From: Podarcis bocagei
Taxonomy: Eukaryota
Assembly (NCBI GenBank): GCA_964188305.1
Contig: OZ076885.1
Strand: one strand, 5' to 3'
Length of the DNA stretch: 64,000 nt
Position numbers and translations under genes: made by a program. This document shows, in pieces, positions 15,201-25,900 of the stretch. Under the pieces are notes generated by a model. It had not been told where the DNA came from and did not search any database. It saw only the letters and a program-made list of their open reading frames with translations. Position 1 is the stretch's first letter. The number at the start of each line of letters is the position of its first letter.

Positions 15201-18200
15201 CCTCCTGCTACTGCCACTGCGCGATTTCTGTTCTCATCCTGAAGCAAAGTTCTTAACCCGAGGTACTATTTCTGGGTTAGCGGAGTCTGTAACCTGAAGC
15301 ATATGTAACCTGAAGTGTATGTAACCCGAGATACCACTGTACAGGCAACGGGCAACTGACGTGTGATTGCACATGCACACACAGTTCTGAACCCAAAAGT
15401 GACCCAAAAATGCCACTAAAATATCACTAACATAGTTGAATAGGGGTTGGGTGAAAAACTTTATGCAGGCCCCACTAACGTGCAGGGGATCCTGAATGTA
15501 ACCTTTGTGCAAAATGAGGATTGCCTGTACTGTATATATAAACAGGAATTTTAAAATAGTTTCTGTATACAGTGGTGCCTCGCAAGACGAAATTCATCTT
15601 GCGGTTTTTTCGTCTTGCAAAGCACGGCTATTAGCGGCTTAGCGGCTATTAATGGCTTAGCGGCTTTAAGAAAAAGGAAACAAACTCGCAAGAACTCGCA
15701 AGACGTTTCGTCTTGCAAAGCAAGCCCATAGGGAAATTTGTCTTGCGGAACGACTCAAAAAACGGAAAACTCTTTCCTCTTGCGCGTTTTTCGTCTTGCG
15801 AGGCATTCGTCTTGCGAGGTACCACTGTACTCCTAAGTACAAGGCAGAGGATGGCATATATTTCTGACAGGGGAGTGGCATCTGTAGTTTGTTAAGGGTA
15901 CTGGGATTTGTAGCTCTTTGAGGGGTCAACTACAGTTTCCAGAATTCTTTGGAGGATGTTATGTGCCTTAAATGTGTGTTGAATGTGCCTTAAAATGTAT
16001 AGTGTGGATGTGACCATGTTGCTGCTTTTCAGTTAATAATTTCAAGGTTACCAAAAAGTGTCTTTCAGCCATCAAATACCTGGATATACAGAAACTTTTT
16101 AAAGTTCCATCTGAAAGTTAATAATTAATTAATTAATAATACCCCACCCGTCTGACTAGTTTTCCCCAGCAAATCTCTGCGGCTCCCAACTGAATATTAA
16201 AAACACAAACATTAAAAACTTCCCTAAACAGGGCTGCCTTCAGATGTCTTCTAAAAGTTGTGTAGATTTTTATCTCCTTGACATCTGATGGGAGGGCATT
16301 CCATAGGAAGGGTGCCACTGCCTGGTTCCCTATAACTTCTCGCAGTGAAGGAACCGCCAGAAGGGCCTTGGACTTCACTGTCCGGGCTGAATGATGGGGG
16401 TGGAGACACTCCTTCAGGTATACTGGGCTGAGGCTGTTTAGGGCTTTAAATGTCAGTAACATCACTTTGAATTGTGCTCAGAAATGTACAGTACTGGGAG
16501 GGAGACAGATGCACCCCACTCAGAAGGGCATTTCACAAATACTGAACTGCCACCAGGGCTCTAATATGGGTCAACACCAAGTGGGCACTAGCCAGAGGTG
16601 TAACCGCCAACAGAGTTTATACTACTGGTTGTAGGGCCTAAGATGGTTGATAGTAGGAGAGGTGCTCTTTTAGGTACATGGGTCTCAATGTGCCATCATT
16701 CACTTATAACCAGTACAGCACTTTCAGGACCTATTTATCAATTTTGCAAGATAGGGGTATTTTAAAAATTCAAAAAAGAAAATGGGATTTGGCATCCACT
16801 TGATAAATAAGGCTGGCAATATTCGCTGTTGTGCTTTTGCACACTTTCTGGGGTTTTTCTTTTTTTAAGGTAAGCAGACCACCACCACCCCATGCCCAGA
16901 AAAGAAAAAAGATAGTGGAATGTACGGGAGGAGTGAGTATAGGGAGAGGCAAAAAACTCAGACAGCCCAGATGCATTCTACCAAGCTCTACCCATTGGTA
17001 TGGAATCACAATTAAAATTGTGACTGAAAAAACAGGGCTATTCAGCTCCACTTGGCAGTTGTGGAAGCAGGATGCCACAATTGGATTTTGCCCATATCTT
17101 TCTTTGCAGACACTCTAGGGGGCAATATTGAGCTATATCAGAGTATTTGTCACAGACATTTACCAGTATCTTGCAGTGTACTGAATTCCTAGCAGAATAT
17201 AGGCTTTCTGGTTGCAGAGGATATTTTGAAGACATTTTACATTCCTTCATCTTACCTCTGTCTTTCCACTGTGTAGAACTCACTTTGGGTAAGCAGAACA
17301 TCCCAATAATTGAACCTGAGATCAAGATCAAGGGTCCCCAGCCACTCCTGGTAGCTATGATTCCATCAATAGAACAGCGACGGAGCCTCACAAAGTCACC
17401 CATCAAACAGCACCCATTTTCCTTCCATTTACAGCCTGATGAAGAACTTCATGAGAAACAGAATGCAGGTACAGGACTGGGGTAGTTAAGCAGACAAGTT
17501 TACCTGTGAGGTTAAGGGACAGAATGAGCATTTAGGAGTGAATGATTCTAATAAGAAAATTCTGCCAGATGAAGAAGACAAATTTAGGTGTGAATCTGGA
17601 CAAGATGGGTACTTGTTCTCTTTAATTGGAATGTCAGACACCAAATCTAAACCATTGTATTAAGTGAAACAAGACATTGAGTAAAATTCACATCACTGCT
17701 GACTTTAGTCTAGCCAGAAATGCACTACTGTTATTTAGTTTTGATTTGGCATTTGTGTTTCCTTTTACTTCTTTACAGGCACTTGTGTTTCATCCGAATG
17801 TCCTCGTGGTCTTGGAGTCAAACGACACAGGTACTACCGGGTCAGAACTCCTCCTGGGCACCATGACAGCCTCCTGAAATGGCATTGATTTAATTGTCTA
17901 ACTTTAGGCCTTTTCATTTACAATTTACTTACATGATGATACATGTGCAGGAAAACATTACATGTACTTCCAGGAAGCAAGGTGGATTAGTCTTTTGCAT
18001 CAAAAACAACAAAGTGTCTTGCGGCACCTTAAAGGCAAATACATTTATTATGGCATAAGCTTTTGTGGAATACAGTATACTGCAAATAAGTATTTCATCT
18101 GTGTTTTTGGACCTCATTTACAGCCACCCTCATCATGTATACAACCCCCCTCCCACCCCAAGAAAACCATGTGTATGCATTGTTCCCATAAGGAATTATT

Positions 18201-19472
18201 TAGTGTTTAAGAGGCCACAAGACGCTTATGGTGTTAGGTTTACAGTTATGTGTGTAGTGTGATGTGAATGCTCTTTACATGCTGAGGCTGTGTAAAGGGC
18301 ATGTTCTGTACTCACTGACTGTTGCCTGGTGTGTGTGTATTATAATCAGGTTAAACTAGGTGAATTGAGGCTGGGTGGCTAATGTGTGGTGTGATGTAGT
18401 TTCTATTTCATGCAAGGTGAAACTTGGAAAGTAGCCTTGGCTAGTTGCTCATTTATCTTTGAGCTATATGATAATTCAACAAATAAAAGGCTACTCGGTT
18501 GAGACACACAAAAGTACCGGTAATCTTTGTCAGCACTCCAGCGATTGCTAATCCTGCTTGGTAAAACAACCACCACTGTATTGTATTCTCTCATCTTTTA
18601 GAACATGAATGAAAATCAGAAATCAAGGCCAAACCACATGCTTTATTATGCTTTATTGCATTTGTCTCAGGATTTTTGTTAAATGGCCGCTGGAAACTTG
18701 TTGGGATTAGGACCATGGTAGGGCCCATTTTCTACTGTGTTGCAGTCTAAATGAAATTTGCTCCTGGAAACTGCTTCTGTTGTTAGGGAGAAGCTCTTTC
18801 CCTCCCCTCCCTGTATACTGTGGTCCTGTTTCTATTCAGGGGTCCTTGCAACTGTTATTTAACAAACAAAGCCCCCCAGACATTGTTAAATACAATTGCT
18901 CAAGTTAAGAGTCTAACCCTGATAACTAACATTTTCCTGCTGTGAACTGCATGAAATGCTAATACCTTTAGGTTGTGGATAAGCCTTGGTCCCTGCTATG
19001 CCTTTGTGAAATGAATTTCTTTCACTCTCAATTTATTAATTAATTACAAGTGCTTGTATACCACTTTTTATCTACAATACAGTATTTGAAATTTAATTAT
19101 TTAAAAGAACTATTTTTCTCCCCCAACCCTTTTTTTAGGTCCATGTGGTGGAATCCTGAAGTGCCTTCTGTGACTTTAATGCTGCGTCGAAGTCTTTCTT
19201 TGAAATCTCATAGCATTATTGACAACAAAAACCTGTGGAATCTGAACCAAAGCAGGTCACAGATTATTCCCTACCGAGAATACAAATGGAAACCACTCAA
19301 AATTGACTACATGGTTCTGAAGTCTGAAAATGAACATCATGCCAAAGTCAGGGGAACTCCAAACATGATTGGACAAAAATATTCATTATTGAAGAACAGA
19401 GAGGGTAATCCAAAGGCAAAGTTTGTGCACAAGGAACATCTTGTGCCCTCCTATGAAGCCATAGACTTTTAA
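292..19472 (+). CDS. AGBL2: Cytosolic carboxypeptidase 2 (AGBL2/CCP2), 3' part; 5' exons lie upstream of the window
   Basis: Confident GT-AG exons 292-451, 1285-1411, 1926-2026, 2501-2631, 3342-3408, 5397-5516 join in phase: [27 protein letters not shown]...[12 protein letters not shown] / [37 protein letters not shown] / [25 protein letters not shown] / [22 protein letters not shown] / poly-Lys. This is the M14 CCP catalytic C-terminus (FHGHS zinc ligand, YTME catalytic Glu). Less certain C-terminal exons 14670-14736, 17277-17468, 17779-17830, 19139-19472 are phase-compatible. Lies upstream of MTCH2 in the same orientation, as in mammals. Confidence 0.88.
2701..2940 (+). mobile_element. Degraded CR1 LINE ORF2 fragment
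   Basis: Interrupted translation resembles 'KSPGPD.I..VLKELK.EIA..L ... PVFKKGSR.D...YRPVSL.SVP', matching the equivalent segment of the intact CR1 ORF2 at about 49400-49620. Confidence 0.7.
7135..7427 (+). mobile_element. Diverged Sauria-type SINE
   Basis: Shares blocks with the 28945 copy (gggcttgctgat, gggtgagctcc, gctggccacatgacccggaa, gagatgagcgccgcaacccc, ggggtccttt tail). Confidence 0.75.
15106..15339. mobile_element. Tc1/mariner (Tigger-like) MITE
   Basis: TA-flanked terminal inverted repeats CAGTGGTACCTC...GAGATACCACTG; internal repeated taacctga motifs. Confidence 0.85.
15570..15827. mobile_element. Tc1/mariner (Tigger-like) MITE
   Basis: TA-flanked TIRs CAGTGGTGCCTCGCAAGACGAA...TTCGTCTTGCGAGGTACCACTG; multiple internal cgtcttgc repeats. 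Confidence 0.85.
16133..16490 (-). mobile_element. L2 LINE 3' fragment
   Basis: Minus-strand translation [17 protein letters not shown]...[16 protein letters not shown]...[10 protein letters not shown] is typical of the L2 ORF2 C-terminus; followed by a TTA-rich tail. Confidence 0.75.
17965..18075. mobile_element. Penelope-like element terminal fragment
   Basis: aaacaacaaag...gcggcaccttaaaggc...atttattatggcataagcttttgtg resembles the arm of the 28150 element (gcaccttagagac...ataagctttc). Confidence 0.5.
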
Positions 19473-21779
19473 TAACTCACAAAGAGTTAACTTGTTAGAA
19501 GGAAAGCTGGCACTCTCCTGTTGCAGGCCTATTACAAATGTTTAGCACAAAGTCTACTGCATTTTGATGATGAGAGAATTTGGAGTGTTGATAAAGAGGA
19601 TGGGAGATTTCAGTTGTCTTATTTTTATAGGTTTGTAGCTGAGATTAGCTAATATGAAAGGGCAAAGCTTTTCCCCGTTAAGACCTTTGGTTAGTACAAT
19701 GCATTTCAGGAAGAACACATAATTTCCACCCCTATATTTTATTCATAAAGTGAATATGTAGGAAGTACTTGCAAGGAAGTATTGGCAGGTAGGAGGTGCT
19801 GAACCTCCTTGCCTGCAGCTTCTGCAGATGCCCCACCAAGTCAGGGTCGAAAATCAGAAGAGGGGAAAGATCCAGTGGGCATAGGATGACTCAGTGAGTG
19901 TGAGGGGTTAAACAGCCTTTCCCTCATGCTAATTCTCTATAAATTCCACTTCCACCATCAGACACGCATTCCCCAGCCCTCCACCATTACTTCCCAAATT
20001 CACATTTACTGAGGTTGCATGTCATTCTACCATTTTTTTCTTTTTGTAACCCCCCCCCAAGTTTCCTATCAAATGTGTACATGAATTATTATTATTTTAA
20101 TGATGAAGGGTGAATATCTGAAAACTATTACGTTGAATTAATAATAGATGATTTTGTAGCAGTGGGCACAATTATAACAGAAACAATTCTGTTGCTGTAA
20201 TGTTGGAACCACACAAGGAAAAAATGCAATACTCAGGTACAGGTTTTGTAGCGTTTTTACCTCTAAAGTGGTACTGTTACTCTTTGTGAGTGAAAAGTAT
20301 GTCTTGTTGAACATTAAACGGCATAGTAAAGGTACTGAAGGTGCAACTCTTTTTTTTAAGTTTTCAGTTGTCATAAAATAATTGTTAGTGTTCTAAAACA
20401 CACCCAAACAGAACATATTTATGTAGAAATCTATTGAATTATATTTCATTTTGCATAATGTAGCTAAAAACTATTTCTGTGAAGAATCCATCCACTCGGG
20501 TGTAAACTTTGATGACCTGTTATAAACAAGTCAGTTGTGTTACCATTAAGCTATAATTTATTCTCACTATGAAGATTTTGGATTATAATTCAGGAAGGAA
20601 CGAATAAATCTCACATTAAATATGTGTCTGAACTGCAAATGAGAAACAGACTGGCAAATCTACATACATTTTCCTCTTCCTCTCTTTAGTATTAAACTAG
20701 CATCTACTACTAGCATCTGCTACAATTTGTTTCTGTCAAGTAACTCTTTCACTACCTATTTTTGTCCCCAAATACACAAAAAATCTAGGAAAAGTACAAT
20801 TCCATATATTTTTTAATCAGTTATTCTGGCAGGAAAGTGTATTTGAACTAAAATGCACCTTATATGCAGCTATAATTTTACCTTGTTCACTGCCACCTCC
20901 TGCCTTTCTTCCCTATGTGTAAGTGCCTTGGAAATTTCCTTTAGTGTCCAAATAATGGGAGTGATGTGTTGGCTTCAAAACATTGGGAATACTTCACCTG
21001 TCCACTCCATTTTCCTTGTTGCTATTGCTGCTGCTGTTCTGAGAATGAGAGGGAACTAGTTTTTTTCTGTAAAAGGGCAGGCATGTGCACCAGCAACATT
21101 TTAAAAATAAAACAGTCAAGGCTTGGTTTTCTCTGGAAAGTGGGAAAGGGAGAGATGATGAAGGGAAAATTACAGTGGGGATGGGCTGAAAGGATATTAC
21201 ATTTTGAGACTGCACAAGAGTCTAGGTGCTGAGCAACAATGCATAAGCTCTTCTCTAACACAAGCTGGAAGTTTTGAAATGCTAGAAGCAATACTTGCTA
21301 TCGTAGTATTGCATATTAACCGAATGTGGAAAATTTCTGGGTAATAATTAAAGCACTTTAAAATGAATGCTTGATTTTGGTCTAGGCAGCTTCCCTGAGA
21401 GCAAGGATGTCCAAAGTAAGATGAGAGTTAGACTTGAATTGCAAACTAAATAGAGCGGTGGTGGCGGCGGCGCTTGCTTTGTTAGTTAGTTTGACTTTCT
21501 ACTTGGAAAGTGATCCTGCAAATGCTTACTGAACAGCAGGTCTGAAAGAAGAAGTCCTTTGTAGTCAATGTCAATTGTACTACAGTTCTGCCAGGAAGGC
21601 ATGGAAGTAGAAGAAAAACAACAACCCTGAACATTAAAATGTTCATTAGCCACGAACATTTTAACTAGTAAGCATCTAATGGTACACAGAGCGAAGAAAA
21701 CCTAACGATTGCTGAAAACCTGACGTATTGGAAAATTAACTACTGTATATTAAACATTCGTTGACTGCCCCGACTTCAA

Positions 21780-22960
21780 TGCCCTCTACGTACTACACAT
21801 CCGGCGCCTGCCAATGACTTACTTATGTAGCTAAAACTGGGCGCGGATAGTGTACTCTTCTCGCGACAGCTTCTTCCCGGCCTCTCATTCTCCAGTGGCT
21901 ACTCCGATTAAAAATCTACAATTTCCTACCTCTAGGTCAGAAGATTCTTAGCCCACCTACCGTGTGACGCAAAAGCCTATTTTTTTTTTCTTATTGGCTG
22001 TCAGAAACAGAGCTAAGAAGCACGTCGAGAAATGCCAAGAGAAATTCAATGGGACGGGGGGATGTAGAGTTGTGTACCACCGTAGTCCTCGCTGACACTT
22101 CAGTTCTATACAGTATTCTGATCCTTTTTACCACCGAGCTGCAAAGCTATAGAGCGGCGACCATAGAGAATCAGCTTTCGGGTTGGTTGGTTTTTACCGG
22201 AAGTTCAGGCTGCAGGTCACTGTCAATATTGCTCCCCCCCCCATAGGCTAGGCCTATCGCGCTCTAGAAGTGGCGGAAACAGGGACTAGCTGGAACCGGA
22301 AGTAGTTGGAGTGGGAGGGGAGGGAAAGGACGTGGAGGCAGCGGCTCGAGCCGTATCTTCCTCTACCGCAGGTCACGTGGAGGTGGCGCGGTAGCCTCTG
22401 CTTCCACCCCCCACCCCCCTCGGCGGAGCCCGGCGCGGCTGCAGCATGGCGGACACGGCCTCTCAGATGCTGCTGGGCTCCGGCCTCACGGTGCTCTCGC
22501 AGCCGCTCATGTACGTGAAGGTGCTCGTGCAGGTGAGGCCTTCAGTTCTGGCAGGTTTTCCTCGCTCGTGAGGGCGACGAAGGGGGCGGCACTGAGTGGG
22601 TGGGAGGAGGTCAAAGCAGCCCCAGGTTGCCTCCCACCCTCGCTCACTGGGGAAGAAGTTTCCTCCTCGCTCCCAAACGCGTTTCCATGGCAGCGCCCCC
22701 CCCCCCGCGCGTAGCCAGCAGCCCCTCAAAGTAGCAGAGTCGCCCTTCGGCTTGGGTCGTATCCGGGCCTTGCTTTGCTTCAGACTTCCTTTTCGCAGGG
22801 CGGTGGCTGCTCGCCTCCCTGCCCCGAGGCGTAGCAGCAGCGCCGCCGCCCCGGCGGAGGAAAAAGAAAGCCGCTCGTAGGGACGCGGGAAGCGCTACCT
22901 CACTTTCACATCATCCAGACAGCAGGCGCCGTCATTTGCGGTGCAACTTCGCTTTTGAGT
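21780..22960 (+). promoter_or_regulatory. MTCH2 promoter / CpG island
   Basis: CpG-rich region around exon 1; two CCGGAAGT ETS/GABP motifs (22197-22204, 22296-22303), reverse CCAAT near 21993, E-box GTCACGTGG (22372-22380), near-TCTCGCGAGA motif at 21859. Confidence 0.8.
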
Positions 22961-25900
22961 CTTTCTTTATTGCGCTGCCTAGAACCGCAGGTATTGAGGT
23001 GGGTCCGGCGAGGGGAGCACTTGGGAATCAGCAGCCGCAGCGTCTTCTCTTCCAGAGTTGAATGGTTACTTACGAGCCCCCCCTCGAGACTGGTCGAGGG
23101 GAAAGACTTCCCCAGGGTCGAATTTCAGTCCAGTTGCGGTGAACGGCTGGGCAAGGGTCCCTGGGTCCTTTGCAGAGAACCTCCCTGTTGTAGAAAGAAT
23201 GCTTCCTGCGGGGTTTTGCTGCTGTCAAGCACTCCGCCAGCTGCTTGTCACACTCGCATGCCATCCTGCCGCAGATATTTGTGGACTGGCATTCCGTCTC
23301 TGATCCGTTGCATGAGAGTTTGTACCGTTGCCACTTTACCCTGCGGTGACACTTTAAGGATACCCTGGCGTGGCGGTAACAGCAGTCATGAATGAAACAG
23401 CACTGATCCACTGCATCCACGGGGCTTCCAGAACCACCAGTTCCACAGTAGCAGCCATATAGATTGAGTCCTAGCAGTGGGATTTGCAACCGGTGCCGGT
23501 AACACCAGAGGGTCAAAATCAGATCCAAGACACTGCGTTTCTCTCGCTTGCTGCCTTTGCTGTGTCCGCATTCCTGAGAGAACAAAATTGCCAGTGCTAG
23601 CCACAGAACAACCCTCATTGCAGAAGCCACTGTTTAATTTTAGCCAGTTTCAGACTAGCGTACCTCACTCAAATGTTTTTGTGAGCCTGGCTGATTTCTG
23701 AATCTGGATCAGTTTTCTGTGCTGGTTTTATGTGTGCCTCGTATTCAAATTTGTCCTCTTCTCATTTTTATTGGTAGCGTTTCGGACACTCCCAGTAGTT
23801 CCAGCCTCAAGAACTTCTTTATTTACTATATTTGGCTGCATGTTGCTTTTGGCCAGCTGTGGCTTTGTACTCGTATCGTCATTGGCTGAAAAGCATAGCT
23901 GCCCCAGGTACAACAGCCCTGTCTGTTAAAATATTTAACAGCCTGCATATCCACCTTCTAATAAAAAATGCAGGAATGGGAAGCACATTAGCATTTCGGA
24001 GTTTGGATACACAAATTCCTATAATGTAAGTTTCAGAATTTAAGGGCAAAGGACAATTGTGAGACTTTCTGTTATTAGCCTCACAGTGGTTCTCATATGA
24101 TTCACTATACAGAGGATATGTGGAGCTATGTAGTGGGATATCTATCTCAAAAATAAATACCGCCTACCTCTGCCAAGAAAGCACATTGTCTTCTTTGGTA
24201 AATTGGACTTGTGAAACACAGTATCCAATTTGTCCGTAAAACTTTTTGCTAAATTGCAGACCTTGTGAGTTATAAACTATGGAAAACATGTTGTCTAGTA
24301 CAGTGTTTCCCAACCACTGTTCCGCAGCACACTAGTGTGCCGCGAGATGTTGCCTGGTGTGCCGCGAGATGTTGCCTGGAGGGAGGCGGGCGAGTCGGGC
24401 GGCGAGAGGCGGGGCGGCGGCGGCGAGGAGAGGCCGCCCAGCGCGGGGCTCTCGCCGTCTGCCTGCCTGGCTGCCTGCGAGCTCGGCGGGCAGCGCCTCC
24501 GTCCGCAGCGCCCGCCTCGCGGCTCTCATTCCCTGCCCCTGCCAAAGCTCACCCAGCCAAGCCGCGCTCTCCTTCCTGCCTCGCTTTGCTGCCTCCTCCC
24601 CCCCCACCCCCAAAGCTTGGAGGTTCCCCGGCAAGGGGGAGGAAAAAAAATTGAAACTTACACTTTCGTGCGTCCCTCCCGGCGTGACGCTACGCGCTGA
24701 CGTCACGGGGCTGTAATGGTGGTGTGCCTCGAGATTTTTTTCATCAAACAAGTGTGCCTTTGCCCAAAAAAGGTTAGGAAACACTGGTCTAGTATGATAT
24801 ATTGTGACAAGTCAAGTGGCTATTCACAGCATAAAAAGCAAAATAGCTCCATGTTCTCAACTAGTTGTTTAACATTTAATCACAGCAAACTTATCTTCAG
24901 AGTCACCTAGATCACATCAAGGACAAACATTTTAAAATAACTTTACCTGGTTGGAAAAAATGCAGGGGGGAATCACTTTGGAGCGAAGAAGTGGGGGAAT
25001 ATGGTGCAGCGTCTGTGGGGATATATGTTTGGTCTGTATCTCCAAATTTTATTTAAATTATTTATTTCCTGTTCTTTAGCCAAAAAGATTCCCAGAACAT
25101 CTTATGACAGTCACTAGTAAGACATATATATGTATAGCACTAAGAGATGGCACCTGTTATCCAGTGATCTTGCCAGACTTTCTGCTGAACTGCAGACCAC
25201 CCAGACATTTAATGTGAGCTACAAACTGTTACCATCTTCTGAATATAGTGGTTTTAGAACTTTAAACTTACAGTTAGTAGCACAGACATAGAATTCTAAG
25301 AACAAAAAATTGATCATATTTTCTCTTATGGTTCAGTTTTCAAATGTCCAGTGAGTGGAACAGCTGTAGTTGTTCACTGCTAGGGAATGTTGGGGTTATT
25401 CCTTGGGGTGCTGTTCACACTGTAGAGGTTGCTGTAGGCTGTCTCTTTATTTTGAAGGTGGGATATGAACCCCTCCCTCCAACTCTGGGAAGAAATATCT
25501 TTGGGCGACAGGTCTATCAGCTGCCTGGTCTCTTTGCTTATGGTGAGTGCATAATGTATAAGATTTGTGAATGAGCCAGAAAGACTTAAAGCAGGATTGG
25601 ATTGCTGTAATTGTTGCACTGCACTTGGTGGTGCCTATGCCTTTGAAGCAGAGCTTCTCATGTGTACAAGGATTAGCTAGAGATCCTGCAACTGTTGGAA
25701 CAGTGGCAGTTTATATAGGTAAAGTGGTGAGTCTCAACTCTCAAGAAGCTTCAGTGCTATAGCCATGATCATTGGCTTTTGAATTCATGCAGTGAGACAG
25801 AGTTAGAATAACAGGAAAGTACAATGTTTGGGCATCTGAGCCTCTCTCTTCCTGTAGCCTATTGCCCTTCAAGTATCCTTCATATGATTTAGCCTGTGCA

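Noticed and set aside
23619-23630. MASA N-terminal extension of the PLA2 in the ORF track
   Set aside because: Starts at GTG; the ATG at 23618 has a purine at -3 and directly begins the signal peptide.
24265-24784. Several overlapping 90-150 aa Arg/Ala/Pro-rich ORFs
   Set aside because: All lie in the GC-rich hAT MITE, where stop codons are scarce; no transposase motifs.
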